64,000 bases of DNA from an uncultured Dehalococcoidaceae bacterium (GTDB taxonomy: Bacteria > Chloroflexota > Dehalococcoidia > Dehalococcoidales > RBG-16-60-22), in assembly GCA_964468755.1 (NCBI GenBank), contig CAYXWH010000003.1, positions 8,421 through 72,420 of the forward strand, written 5' to 3'. The translations under genes and the position numbers were made by a program. A model generated the notes under the pieces. It was not told where the DNA came from. It did no database searches and worked only from the letters and a program-made list of their open reading frames with translations. Below, one piece after another: positions 26,599-36,695 of the stretch; positions within the stretch are counted from its first letter, which is position 1, and each line of letters begins with the position of its first letter.

Positions 26599-28383
26599 CT
26601 ATTCCACAGTAACGCTTTTAGCCAGATTTCGTGGATAATCTATAGAGCAGCCTCTTTGCCTGGCTACGTAGTAGGCAAGAAGTTGTAACGCCACCACGTT
26701 CACCACCGGGGAAAAGATAGTCTCAACCTCAGGCACTGTAATTACCCAGTCAGCCAGCTCCCCGATGTTCTTATCTCCCTCACTCACTATCGCCAGCACC
26801 GGAGAATGTCTGGCTTTCACTTCCTTGATACCGGTCACCATTGCCTCATAGGTCTTGTCGGGAGCCGCCGCCACCACTACCGGTGTATCATCACCCAGTA
26901 GGGCAAAGGGACCGTGTTTCAGCTCGCCGGCAGCATAACCCTCGGCATGAATATAGGATATTTCCTTCAGTTTCAGGGCACCTTCCAGAGCTATAGGAAA
27001 GTTTATCCCTCTGCCAATGAAAAATACATTATCATACCCGGATAGATACCGGGCACACTCCGCAATTACTTCCTCATTATCCAGCACCTGCTGGACCTTG
27101 GCCGGTAACTGCCTCAATCCCACAATGAGGTTATCCAGCCGTCTCATATCGACCCTGGAATACGGCAGGGCCAGCCAGTACAGGGCGATGAGCTGGGCCA
27201 TAAAGCTTTTCGTTGCCGGCACACTTATCTCCGGGCCAGCCCGGGTATACACAACCTGGCTGGCAAGCCGGCTGATGGTGCTGCCCACCACATTGGTGAT
27301 AGCCGTCACCTGACAGCCTTGCTCGTTAAGCCTTTTCACAGCGCGGAGCACGTCGGCAGTCTCGCCGGACTGGGTGAGGACAACGACTCTATTTCTTGCT
27401 GATATCTGCCCACAGTAATTAAACTCGGAAGCCAGCTCGGCCCGTACCGGAACCTCGGCAAGCTCTTCGATGAGGTATTTCCCGACCAGAGCGGCATTGT
27501 AGGAAGTGCCGCAAGCCAGGACAAGCAGGTCTTCCAGACCGTCACTACCCGTCATGGCTGAATCGGCGTTTAAATCGGCGGCGGTAATATATTGTTTCAG
27601 GGTATCCCGTATTACCCTGGGTTGTTCATGTATTTCCTTGAGCATAAAATGTTGATACCCACCCTTCTGGGCATCTTCAACGCTCCATAAAACCTTGTGC
27701 TCCTCCCGGTGTACCGCAACGCCATTTTCAGTAACCTCGATAGCATTCGGGGTAATCACGGCAAGGTCACCATCTTCCAAATAGATAACGCTGCTGGTAT
27801 AATCGAGCACCGCGGGCACGTCAGAGGCAATGAAGTACTCACGGTCGCCAACGCCAATAATCAGCGGGCTGTCCTTCCTGGCAGCCACCAGTGTCGTTTC
27901 CCCTTCGATAAGGGCAATGATGGCATACGAACCATCAACATCCTCGAGCGCCCTGCCTACCGCCTTGACCAGGTCACCGTTGTAGTACTTTTCAATCAGG
28001 TGGGGAATTACCTCGGTATCCGTCTCGGAAAGCAGGGTATGTCCCTCATGAGCCAACTGCTGCCGCAAACTCTGAAAATTACTGATGACACCGTTATGTA
28101 CCACGGCAACTTTACCCTTGCAACCGCAGTGGGGGTGGGCGTTTTCCGGCGAAGGTTCGCCATGTGTTGCCCACCGGGTATGGCCAATACCCGCCGTCCC
28201 CGCTAGCTTCGGCAATGTCTTCTCCAACGCCTTCACCCTGACCGCATCCTTGAATACCTGAATACTATCCCCCATGACGGCGACACCACAGGAATCATAG
28301 CCCCGGTATTCCAGCCGGTTCAGGCAGTTCAATAAAATAGGCTGCGCCTCACGTTCACCGATATAACCGATTATTCCACACAT
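26599..28383 (-). CDS. glmS: glutamine--fructose-6-phosphate aminotransferase
   Basis: 594-aa ORF with MCGIIGYIG (N-terminal nucleophile Cys), two SIS domains, and a C-terminal SVTVE. Confidence 0.95.
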   Translation of the reverse strand: MCGIIGYIGEREAQPILLNCLNRLEYRGYDSCGVAVMGDSIQVFKDAVRVKALEKTLPKLAGTAGIGHTRWATHGEPSPENAHPHCGCKGKVAVVHNGVISNFQSLRQQLAHEGHTLLSETDTEVIPHLIEKYYNGDLVKAVGRALEDVDGSYAIIALIEGETTLVAARKDSPLIIGVGDREYFIASDVPAVLDYTSSVIYLEDGDLAVITPNAIEVTENGVAVHREEHKVLWSVEDAQKGGYQHFMLKEIHEQPRVIRDTLKQYITAADLNADSAMTGSDGLEDLLVLACGTSYNAALVGKYLIEELAEVPVRAELASEFNYCGQISARNRVVVLTQSGETADVLRAVKRLNEQGCQVTAITNVVGSTISRLASQVVYTRAGPEISVPATKSFMAQLIALYWLALPYSRVDMRRLDNLIVGLRQLPAKVQQVLDNEEVIAECARYLSGYDNVFFIGRGINFPIALEGALKLKEISYIHAEGYAAGELKHGPFALLGDDTPVVVAAAPDKTYEAMVTGIKEVKARHSPVLAIVSEGDKNIGELADWVITVPEVETIFSPVVNVVALQLLAYYVARQRGCSIDYPRNLAKSVTVE

Positions 28384-28424
28384 AACGTATTTCCTCTGGT
28401 TCTGTTTATCATGCGTAAAACCGG

Positions 28425-29603
28425 TTAATATACCAGACTCCGGTCAGGTACTTTACCTCCCACCAGCTTCATGGCATGAATCTGGCAATAGTTACCGACA
28501 ATCGTGCCCGGCTGAATCACGACATTACCACTCACGTTACAGTCTTCCCCCATCATCACTCCGTAGCTCACGGAATGAGATTCGCCATTGACCTTGACCT
28601 CGCCTTCACCACTGCAGGCGGTAAGGTGTCCTTTAATCGCACACCCCTCATCTATTACTGAATCCTCGATAATGCAGCCTGGCCCGATAGCCACGTCATT
28701 GCCGATAACACTGTTCTTAATCTCGGTGAATGATGATATAACTACATTATCGCCGATACTCGTTCCCGGTAATATACAGACGTTGGGACCAATGTGACAG
28801 CCACTGCCAATAATTACCGGCCCGGAGAGATATGAATTGGAACGTATCACGCTGTCCTTCCCCACGGTAATCTGACCTCTAAGGAAAACATTTGATTCAA
28901 CAGTACCACCCACAGCAGGTTCAACGTGGTCAAGCACCTCTTCATTCAAATTCAGGATATCCCAGGGGTATACGACATCCAGCCAGCTGCCGTCGGTTTC
29001 CACCGCGTTTACCTCGTGTCCCTCATTTATCATGTTGTTCAGTACTTCAGGTATATCCAGGACTGACCCGGTATAGTTAAATATTTCTTTATTGAAGGCA
29101 TAAACACCGGTATTAACCAGGTTGCTGCGAGCTTCACCGGGTTTTTCTTCAATCCCCTGCACTATTCCCTGCTGTACCGCGACCACTCCGTACCGTGACG
29201 GGTCAGCCACCCTCTTTACCAGTAACGCTCCCGGTTTTTCATCGATAAATCGAGCGATGGTGTCGGCTACAATCAGGTTATCCCCCGGCAACACCAGAAA
29301 TTCATCTTCAGCCACGTCTACCGCCTGAGCCAGGGCATGTGCCGTACCCAGTTGCTTTTCCTGAGTAACGTATGTTATATCAACCCCCAACTGCTCTCCG
29401 GAGCCGATAGCATCGTAAATTTGCTCTTTCCGGTAGCCAACCACCAGCACGATGTTGCGGATGCCATTTTGTGATAATGCCTCAATTACATACCGGACTA
29501 TCGGCTTATCGGCGACGGCAAGCATGGTCTTGGGACGGTTCACCGTAAACGGCCTCAGCCTCTGCCCCTCGCCTGCGGCGAGAATTATTGCCTGCTTCAT
29601 CAT
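28425..29603 (-). CDS. bifunctional sugar-1-phosphate nucleotidyltransferase/acetyltransferase (GlmU-like, archaeal-type architecture), paralog 2
   Basis: Start moved to ATGATG at 29603 (MMKQAIILAAGEGQRLRPFT), preceded by GAGGTGAT. The ORF-track start at 29687 would overlap the upstream gene. N-terminal NTP-transferase fold plus C-terminal left-handed beta-helix hexapeptide repeats. Confidence 0.8.
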   Translation of the reverse strand: MMKQAIILAAGEGQRLRPFTVNRPKTMLAVADKPIVRYVIEALSQNGIRNIVLVVGYRKEQIYDAIGSGEQLGVDITYVTQEKQLGTAHALAQAVDVAEDEFLVLPGDNLIVADTIARFIDEKPGALLVKRVADPSRYGVVAVQQGIVQGIEEKPGEARSNLVNTGVYAFNKEIFNYTGSVLDIPEVLNNMINEGHEVNAVETDGSWLDVVYPWDILNLNEEVLDHVEPAVGGTVESNVFLRGQITVGKDSVIRSNSYLSGPVIIGSGCHIGPNVCILPGTSIGDNVVISSFTEIKNSVIGNDVAIGPGCIIEDSVIDEGCAIKGHLTACSGEGEVKVNGESHSVSYGVMMGEDCNVSGNVVIQPGTIVGNYCQIHAMKLVGGKVPDRSLVY

Positions 29604-29613
29604 AGCGATCACC

Positions 29614-30819
29614 TCAATAAATCTTTGAACCCGGTAGAATAACCCCACTGACCACGGCTCCCGGGCCGATATGGGTATCATTGCCAATCAGGCATCCAAG
29701 GTTTATTGACGCATTAATCCCGGTCTCCACACCATCACCAACTATCGCTCCCAGCTTGCGCCTCCCGGTCTTCTGGTTGATTACCGATATCTCTTTCCCG
29801 TCAAGCCGGAGGTTAGCAATCTTGGTACCGGCTCCAAAATTGCAATTTTCACCGATAACACTGTCACCGACATAGTTATGGTGGGGAAACTTGCTTCCCT
29901 TCATGATAATTGAGTTCTTGACCTCAACGGCACTGCCGATATGGCAGTTATCTCCGATGGAGGTGCCGGGACGAATATAGCAATTGGGTCCGATTTCACA
30001 ACCGCTCCCTATTGCCACCGGCCCGACGATATAGGCACCTGACCGGACCACCGTGTTCCGGCCAATGGCGACCACGCCCTTGATAACCGCATTGGTTTCT
30101 ATCTCACCCAGATTCTGCCCCTCAATCCGGGACAGCAGTGACTCATTCAGTGAGAGCAGGTCCCAGGGATAGCTCACGTCCATCCAGTGGCTAATTTCCT
30201 GACAGACAACCCCCTCCTGTGACTGGTCTATCATCAACTGTAATGAGTCGGTTATCTCATACTCTCCCCGCGGCGATTTGGGGGTATCGGCTATAGCAGC
30301 AAATATGTCCGGAGTGAAGAGATACATGCCGGCGTTGGCCATAGTACCGGGGGAGCGCACCGTTTTTTCATATATGCGCACCACCTTGCCTTCCTCCATC
30401 TCTACCATACCCAGGCCGGCGGTCCGCTCCACCTTAACCACGCTGATGGTAGCACTATCATTGCCGGCGACCTTACTAATGTCATCATGGCTTACCAAGA
30501 TATCCCCGTTAATTACCAGGAAGCTCCCGTCTACCATATTCTCTACGGCCCGGATGGCATCGGCGGTACCCAGCTGTTTTCTCTGGTTCCGGTAGGTGAT
30601 GTTTACCCCCCATTTCTCCCCGCTGCCGAAGTAACCACGCACCTGCTCATCACAATAGCCAACTATAAAGATAAATTCGGTGATACCTGCCTGGCGGGCT
30701 TCATCGAGCAGGTGCTCCAGTATAGGCTTGTTGGCAACGGAAACCATTACCTTGGGCCGGCTATAGGTCAAGGGACGCATGCGACTGCCTTCGCCGGCGG
30801 CTAAAATAACTGCCTTCAA
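29614..30819 (-). CDS. bifunctional sugar-1-phosphate nucleotidyltransferase/acetyltransferase (GlmU-like), paralog 1
   Basis: 401-aa ORF starting MKAVILAAGEGSRMRPLTYSRPK, with C-terminal hexapeptide repeats. Same architecture as the downstream paralog. Confidence 0.8.
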   Translation of the reverse strand: MKAVILAAGEGSRMRPLTYSRPKVMVSVANKPILEHLLDEARQAGITEFIFIVGYCDEQVRGYFGSGEKWGVNITYRNQRKQLGTADAIRAVENMVDGSFLVINGDILVSHDDISKVAGNDSATISVVKVERTAGLGMVEMEEGKVVRIYEKTVRSPGTMANAGMYLFTPDIFAAIADTPKSPRGEYEITDSLQLMIDQSQEGVVCQEISHWMDVSYPWDLLSLNESLLSRIEGQNLGEIETNAVIKGVVAIGRNTVVRSGAYIVGPVAIGSGCEIGPNCYIRPGTSIGDNCHIGSAVEVKNSIIMKGSKFPHHNYVGDSVIGENCNFGAGTKIANLRLDGKEISVINQKTGRRKLGAIVGDGVETGINASINLGCLIGNDTHIGPGAVVSGVILPGSKIY

Positions 30820-32108
30820 TCAGTCCTCCCGATACTGTTTTCCATTATACTGACGCCACTCTGATACAACTGGCGCGCCCTTGTCTCACTCTTTGCCTCG
30901 GCGGTTAACCTGACCTTGGGCTCGGTACCGGATGCCCTGACCAGCAACCAGCCATCCTTAAAAATAAGCTTTATGCCATCAATTGTCTCGATTGATTGGG
31001 GCTTGAGAGCCACCAATTTATCTTGCAGGCCGGTCATGTCAAGCCCATCGTTAATAATGCTACCCCGCCGGAGCGGGTACGAGGGCAGGCGGTCAACCAA
31101 CCCGGATATTCTCTGCTGGCTGGCGATAGCGGCAATTTGAGCTGCAGCATAGATGCCGTCCGGGCAGAGTGAGATGCCAGGAAAAATCCAGCTACCCGAG
31201 GCTTCCCCGCCAAAGTCCCCGCCTTTTCTCAGCTCTTCAGATACCGCGGCATCCCCCACTCGGGTGCGCCGGGTCACGAAACCCGCCTCTTCCATCACCA
31301 TTGAGGCATCCACCGTAGTTACCACGCTGCTGGCTCCGATTGCCCGACCGAGAATTACCAGTAGCGCATCTCCGGGGATAAATCTTCCCCGGTCGTCTAC
31401 CGCCATCATCCGGTCGGCATCTCCATCGTGGGCAATGCCGACCACGGCGCCGGTGTGCTTCACCGCCGCCATCAGCTCTGCCAGGTTGGCAGCCGTCGGC
31501 TCACTCTTCCGGGGGAACATGCCGTTATGGGAACAATTCAACGGTATCACCTCACCGCCCATCATGGTTATCAGGTATGGAGTAACCTCAGCCGCCGCAC
31601 CGCCACCGGCGTCCACCACCACCTTGCAATTCAATTTAGCCGGAAAATCCCGCAGTATCCGTTCAACATGCTGTTCCACCGCCCCGCTGCGGCTCTTGCC
31701 CGGCTTCATCTCTGACCACGGCGCTATATCCAGGGCATTGCTCAAAATTGCTTCCTCGATTTTTTTCTGCTGCGTGGAATCAAATGCCGAGCCATCGGGG
31801 TTCCAGAGCTTGATGCCGTTGTACTCCGGCGGATTATGTGAAGCGGTTATCATTACCCCGGCATCAAACTCCCCGGCGATAAAGGCAAGTGTCGGCGTGG
31901 GCACGATACCAATATCAATACTCCTGGCGCCAGCCGCCAGCAGTCCGGAAATAAGGGCACATTTCATAACATCGCTGGACGTCCTGGTGTCATTGCCCAC
32001 CACCACACTGTCGTTGTCCCGACCCACTGCCAGACCTACCTTAAAGGCTACATAGATTAAATCTTTATCGACAATTGCCCGTATCCCCGAAGTACCGAAG
32101 AGTTTCAT
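30816..32108 (-). CDS. glmM: phosphoglucosamine/phosphohexose mutase
   Basis: 430-aa ORF with MKLFGTSGIRA, the active-site loop TASHNPPEYNGIK, and the metal site HDGDADR. Confidence 0.85.
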   Translation of the reverse strand: MKLFGTSGIRAIVDKDLIYVAFKVGLAVGRDNDSVVVGNDTRTSSDVMKCALISGLLAAGARSIDIGIVPTPTLAFIAGEFDAGVMITASHNPPEYNGIKLWNPDGSAFDSTQQKKIEEAILSNALDIAPWSEMKPGKSRSGAVEQHVERILRDFPAKLNCKVVVDAGGGAAAEVTPYLITMMGGEVIPLNCSHNGMFPRKSEPTAANLAELMAAVKHTGAVVGIAHDGDADRMMAVDDRGRFIPGDALLVILGRAIGASSVVTTVDASMVMEEAGFVTRRTRVGDAAVSEELRKGGDFGGEASGSWIFPGISLCPDGIYAAAQIAAIASQQRISGLVDRLPSYPLRRGSIINDGLDMTGLQDKLVALKPQSIETIDGIKLIFKDGWLLVRASGTEPKVRLTAEAKSETRARQLYQSGVSIMENSIGRTD

Positions 32109-32354
32109 ATTGATTTAATTCTACAACTCCAAGCGTAAATGTCAACAAGGCTAACCCGTAACTATTACGCCCTATTGCCTGAGCGATGGTCGGTTAAGAA
32201 TTTCCACCCGGAGTCCACTCCCCGCGGTTACCAGCCAGGCGAGTCATCGACAACGGTGCCTATACCTGCCGTGGCGCTACAGTTCGATTTGGGGTAAACC
32301 AGCTATGAATAAAGCGAACAAAGCAGTATTGGCTTATCCATTGTCTGCCGGCGG

Positions 32355-33560
32355 CTATCTTCTTCTCAATAATGCCAGCGACACCACTGATAACGCCACA
32401 CTGATAATAGCCATTACGTAGAAGACATCAATAATGCCAAATACATCCATGAAGTGCCCGGCGACGGGCTGAAGCAGGCTCTGCCCCTCCATACTCAGAC
32501 CAAAGTAAATACCAAATATGGTCGCCCTCAGATACGCCGGTGTTTTATCTATTAGAAGTGCCTGCATGGTTGCCTGTCGCATATACATGAATAGACCAAA
32601 AGCAATCAAGACCACGATAAGCCCCGCATTAAACGGTAAACTGGTCAGCAGGTATAAAATCGGACCGGTAGCCAGGAGTGCAAAAACCGCCGCATTGTTT
32701 CTCCCCCATCTATCTGACAGCCACCCTCCGATAAGGCTTCCGGCAATCCCCCCACCCCTTATGGCAGCTACCAGCATGGTGGCATAGGCGGCGGCAATGC
32801 CGTGCTTGTCCATCATATAAAGCGTTACAAAACCCAGGGCTGAGCCGGAAATAAATTCGAGGAGTATAAACAGGGTAATGACCGGAGCTACGCTAATCAA
32901 CACAGTACGCAGGCTTATTCTACGAACCGCCGCTTGACTATCATTCCCTGCAGCCGCAACATAACCAACCGGCTCCTGGTGCCGGAACTTTCTTATTACC
33001 AGCGGTGCGGCAATTACAGTAACAATTCCCAGAATGATATAGGCAAAGTTCCATCTCAAGGCTTCAGCGATGACACCCCCAACTATAGGACCCAGCGCAT
33101 AGCCAATACTGCCCCCCACGTTGTGAATTGCTATCGCTTTTCCCCGCCCCTCCTCTTCATAGCAGTTCGAAATCATGGAGACGGCTGATGGATGATATAG
33201 ACCGGCAAAGAGCCCCATGATAACCAGAAGAACCAGCATGGGATAATACGAAGGGCTGAACCCTATCCCCACCGCCAAAAGCCCGACACCACCCATCCCC
33301 ACGGCAACCACTATGCTCCGCCTGAGCCGGTCGCCGAGCCAGCCTCCGGGAAACTGGGAAATACCGGCGGTAATGGCGTATGCGGAGAGAAGCAGTCCCG
33401 ACTGCAGATAGGTTATGCCCAGGCTTATCTTAACCAGCGGCAAAAGGGCGGGAAGTAGCCCACTGCAAAGGTCATGACTGGCATGGGTATATGCAAAAAA
33501 CGCCGCCGTGCCACCACCCCACCGTCGATACAGGGCTTTCAATTTTCCACGTTCTAACAA
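32355..33560 (-). CDS. MFS transporter
   Basis: 401-aa polytopic ORF with FPGGWLGDRLRRS (MFS motif A-like). Paralogous to the MFS at 55776-56981. Confidence 0.8.
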   Translation of the reverse strand: MLERGKLKALYRRWGGGTAAFFAYTHASHDLCSGLLPALLPLVKISLGITYLQSGLLLSAYAITAGISQFPGGWLGDRLRRSIVVAVGMGGVGLLAVGIGFSPSYYPMLVLLVIMGLFAGLYHPSAVSMISNCYEEEGRGKAIAIHNVGGSIGYALGPIVGGVIAEALRWNFAYIILGIVTVIAAPLVIRKFRHQEPVGYVAAAGNDSQAAVRRISLRTVLISVAPVITLFILLEFISGSALGFVTLYMMDKHGIAAAYATMLVAAIRGGGIAGSLIGGWLSDRWGRNNAAVFALLATGPILYLLTSLPFNAGLIVVLIAFGLFMYMRQATMQALLIDKTPAYLRATIFGIYFGLSMEGQSLLQPVAGHFMDVFGIIDVFYVMAIISVALSVVSLALLRRR

Positions 33561-33670
33561 TTAACAGCATCCTTGTAAATCCAGACAAACGATACCGAGG
33601 TTTACCGTCGGCACGGGAGTCTAATCTTCTGTGAATCAGGTCAACAGTGGCCTGCAGTCCGCGCCAGAAG

Positions 33671-34966
33671 CTAGCACCGGTTGGTCCTGACACCCAGATA
33701 CTTTGCCACCAGCTCCATAGCGCAGTATTCGCCGCACATGCTACACGCCGGACTGGCCGAGGTATGTTTCCCGTGCACGCTTTTAACCCGCTCCGGGTCC
33801 AGAGCCAGGCGTGCCTGCTCATCCCAATCAAGGTTCTTGCGAGCCAGTGACATCTTCTTGTCCCGCTCTGCCGCTCCCGCCACTCCCTTGACGATATCCG
33901 CAGCGTGCGCTGCGATTCGCGAGGCGATTACTCCTTGCCTCACATCGTCAATATCGGGTAATGACAGGTGCTCCGACGGTGTCACATAGCAGAGAAAATC
34001 GGTACCGGCAGCGGCAGCAATAGCCCCGCCGATGGCGCCGGTTATATGGTCATAGCCAGCAGCCACATCAGTCACCAGCGGCCCCAGCACGTAAAAGGGG
34101 GCTTCATGACAGAGCGACTTCTGCAAGCGGACATTGGCTTCAATATGGTTCAACGGCAAATGCCCCGGTCCTTCAACCATCGCCTGAACACCAGCCTGCT
34201 GTGCCCTCTGGACTAGCTCGCCGATGACGAGCAATTCCTCTATTTGAGCCCGGTCGGTGGCATCAGCCAGACTACCGGGACGCATACCATCACCCAGGCT
34301 CAGAGTGACATCATACTCACTGGCTATCTCCAGAAGACGGTCGTAGTGCTCATATAACGGGTTTTCGCGCTCATTATGGAGAATCCAGCCAATCAGGAAA
34401 GCACCCCCCCGGGAAACCACATCAGCCACCCTTCCCTGCTTCTTGAGACGGTCAATAGCCGACCGGGTTACCCCACAATGCACGGTCAGGAAATCAACAC
34501 CATCCCGGGCGTGCTCTTCAATGACCGAAAAGAATTCATCAACAGTCATCTTCACTATAGCACCGTGTTTGTCAATGGCTTGAATACCGGCCTGATAAAT
34601 GGGCACCGTGCCCAACGCTACCTGACTGGCGGCAACAATTGCCCGTCGAAGTCCCGATATATCACCGCCGGTGCTCAAGTCCATAACGGTATCGGCACCG
34701 GCATCAACCGCCGTCTGTAGCTTGGCTAACTCGGTATCAAAGCTGCCAAAGTCCGGGGATGTTCCAATATTGGCATTCACCTTGGTCGCCAGGCCCCGGC
34801 CAATGCCACCGGGAACGAGCCCGGTATGATTGATATTCGCCGGAATGACGATTACACCATCGGCTATACCCTGACGGATAAATTCAGCTTCCAGCCCCTC
34901 AGCCCTGGCTACCAGTTCCATTTCAGGAGAAATATCACCCTTTTTCGCCGTGTCTACCTGAGTCAT
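33671..34966 (-). CDS. thiC: phosphomethylpyrimidine synthase
   Basis: Start set at the ATG at 34966 ([10 protein letters not shown]), preceded by AGGAG. Radical-SAM ThiC pattern with the C-terminal CSMCGEYCA cluster motif. A TPP riboswitch lies directly upstream. Confidence 0.95.
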   Translation of the reverse strand: MTQVDTAKKGDISPEMELVARAEGLEAEFIRQGIADGVIVIPANINHTGLVPGGIGRGLATKVNANIGTSPDFGSFDTELAKLQTAVDAGADTVMDLSTGGDISGLRRAIVAASQVALGTVPIYQAGIQAIDKHGAIVKMTVDEFFSVIEEHARDGVDFLTVHCGVTRSAIDRLKKQGRVADVVSRGGAFLIGWILHNERENPLYEHYDRLLEIASEYDVTLSLGDGMRPGSLADATDRAQIEELLVIGELVQRAQQAGVQAMVEGPGHLPLNHIEANVRLQKSLCHEAPFYVLGPLVTDVAAGYDHITGAIGGAIAAAAGTDFLCYVTPSEHLSLPDIDDVRQGVIASRIAAHAADIVKGVAGAAERDKKMSLARKNLDWDEQARLALDPERVKSVHGKHTSASPACSMCGEYCAMELVAKYLGVRTNRC

Positions 34967-34975
34967 CGCCACTCC

Positions 34976-35116
34976 TAAAAATAAAACCAAGGGCTACGAC
35001 GACTGCTAAACCCTTGGTCCAAACTGTTTCCGCTTCCCTACGCTCGCATTACCGAGAGCAGGTTCACAGGGTTGGCACCAAATCGCCTCTCAGCCTCTTC
35101 GAGCACCCCTAGCGGT
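34976..35116 (-). ncRNA. TPP (THI-box) riboswitch with terminator expression platform
   Basis: The reverse strand reads CUAGGGGUGCUCGAAGAGGCUGAGAGGCGAUUUGGUGCCAACCCUGUGAACCUGCUCUCGGUAAUGCGAGCGUAGGGAAGCGG, containing the conserved GGGGUGC, CUGAGA, ACCCU-GAACCUG and GUAGGGAA elements. It is followed by ACCAAGGG-N17-CCCUUGGU plus UUUUAUUUUU (34976-35018). Confidence 0.85.
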
Positions 35117-35197
35117 TTAACTACTATTCCAGAATATACCACAAACTTTGTTAAAGTTCAAACGGGTAGCACCTGCCGACTTATACCGTCACCTGGT

Positions 35198-35521
35198 TTA
35201 ATCTGGTTTTGGCCCCTTTACATCCAGCCTTTTCTTCACCGATTCCACCTTATGACTCATGGTAGCTACCTTATCCCAACGCTCGTCAATCTTCACTGTG
35301 GTAACCACCCGCGGCACTCCGGCTTCCAGGGCAGAACGGTGCATTCTACCCGCCAGGCTCAATAGCCGGTCAAGCTCACCTTCAATAATGGTGCCCATAG
35401 CGGTCAGCTCATAGGTAATATCCGGCTCAGCCTTTACTATAGCCACCGCGCTAGCTACATACTCACTGACCGAAGCCGTTCCCGTTCCCACCGGCACAAT
35501 GCTTACCTCAATGATTGCCAT
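35198..35521 (-). CDS. MTH1187/YkoF-family (thiamine-binding-like) protein
   Basis: Start moved to the ATG at 35521 (MAIIEVSIVPVGTGTASVSEYVA...), preceded by GGAGGA. About 107 aa with the ferredoxin-like DUF77 pattern. Confidence 0.8.
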   Translation of the reverse strand: MAIIEVSIVPVGTGTASVSEYVASAVAIVKAEPDITYELTAMGTIIEGELDRLLSLAGRMHRSALEAGVPRVVTTVKIDERWDKVATMSHKVESVKKRLDVKGPKPD

Positions 35522-35661
35522 TATTCTATCCTCCTTTTCCAAGTTGCGGAAACCACCCGTTCCCGACTTAATCTGTGCCCCCCTGCCAGCATATAATTTA
35601 TTGTAGCCAAACAGCAACAATCATACCATACGGTAGTAGGGTAACTATCAGGCTGATTTCC

Positions 35662-35690
35662 TTGACTTTTATTTTACCTTAGTTTAGAAT
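35662..35690 (+). promoter_or_regulatory. candidate promoter of the Wood-Ljungdahl cluster
   Basis: TTGACT (35662-35667), 17-nt spacer, TAGAAT (35685-35690), ~125 nt upstream of the cooC ATG. Confidence 0.4.
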
Positions 35691-35814
35691 ATTTAATCAT
35701 TATATAAAGCATTTCCGGTAATACGAATCGAAAACACCTGCCTTCGAATTAAATTACCAGTCTGAGCAATTCTTGCGGAGTTGCAGGTTTTATGTTACTC
35801 AAAGCAAGGTTTTC

Positions 35815-36603
35815 ATGAAGATAGCGATTAGTGGCAAAGGCGGAGTAGGTAAAACCTTACTGGCGGCTTTCTTATCTAAAAAATTCGTCAAGGCGGGATA
35901 TTCGGTAATCGCTATTGATGCTGATCCGGACGCCAATTTAGCATCAACCTTGGGTTTTCCCAGTCCGGAAACTATTACGCCTATTTCGGAGTTAAGTGAC
36001 CTTATTGAAGATCGTACGGGCATGCGGCCCGGTCAGTCAGGCACATTCTTCAAGTTAAATCCCAGGGTTGATGACCTACCCGAAGACTACTCGGCAAAAC
36101 TTGATGGTATAAAACTGATGGTAATGGGACGGATCAAACGGGGCGGTACCGGTTGCTATTGTCCGGAGGGTGCCTTATTACAGGCACTGCTCTCCCATCT
36201 GCTGGTTTACCGCGATGAGGTGGTTGTTCTGGACATGGAGGCGGGAATAGAGCACCTGGCACGAGGCACCGCGAAGTCAGTCGATAAACTCATTGTCGTG
36301 GTGGAGCCAGGTCACCGCAGTATCGAGACCGCTCATACCATAAACAAACTAGCTCAGGACCTGGGCATGAAGAATATCGCATTGGTCGGCAATAAAATCC
36401 GAAATAACGCTGACGAAGAATTCGTCAAGTCGAATCTGCCTGACTTTGAATTCTTTGGTTTTATCCCCTATGACCAGGCAATAGTAGAAGCCGACCTGGC
36501 CAACCGTTCGGTATTCAACGCGAGTCCCCGTGTTTCAGAAACAATAAACACTATCCATGAGAGACTGATGTCATCACTGGGAACGCGAAACATAAAGAGC
36601 TAA
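35815..36603 (+). CDS. cooC: CooC-type Ni-insertion ATPase (CODH/ACS maturation)
   Basis: Start at the ATG at 35815 (MKIAISGKGGVGKT). Deviant Walker A and the CYCPEG (CxC nickel motif). MinD/ParA fold. Confidence 0.8.
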   Translation: MKIAISGKGGVGKTLLAAFLSKKFVKAGYSVIAIDADPDANLASTLGFPSPETITPISELSDLIEDRTGMRPGQSGTFFKLNPRVDDLPEDYSAKLDGIKLMVMGRIKRGGTGCYCPEGALLQALLSHLLVYRDEVVVLDMEAGIEHLARGTAKSVDKLIVVVEPGHRSIETAHTINKLAQDLGMKNIALVGNKIRNNADEEFVKSNLPDFEFFGFIPYDQAIVEADLANRSVFNASPRVSETINTIHERLMSSLGTRNIKS

Positions 36604-36695
36604 GCACCTGGCTTTTTACTTTATCCCATTAGAGACTATAAAACACCGGTACCAAAAACGGGTAAAAACAAAATAATAATGTGAGGAGGTTTCCT

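Noticed and set aside
29604-29687. Upstream extensions of ORF-track entries: 28425-29687, 13017-13082, 35522-35620, 35773-35814, 36681-36695, 50549-50599, 59611-59649 and 6906-6941.
   Set aside because: Each extension overlaps the preceding gene or lacks an RBS. An internal start with a good Shine-Dalgarno sequence begins exactly at the conserved N-terminal motif of the family.
32109-32354. Possible glmS ribozyme in the 246-nt leader upstream of the glmM...glmS operon. The reverse strand contains AGCGCCA, resembling the ribozyme 5' end.
   Set aside because: I could not find the other conserved core elements (GACGAGG-type segment, CGGCGGAUGCC-type P2.1/P2a strands) or a convincing P1 pairing. 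glmS is also the last gene of the operon, with only 41 nt upstream. A cmsearch with RF00234 would settle it.
35691-36695. Searched the leaders of cooC/fhs and folD for ZTP (pfl) or THF riboswitches, which often precede fhs/folD.
   Set aside because: I found no GGGUCGUGAC...CCGCCUGGGC-type ZTP core and no THF-riboswitch-like conserved segments by eye. The leaders look like plain AT-rich spacers.
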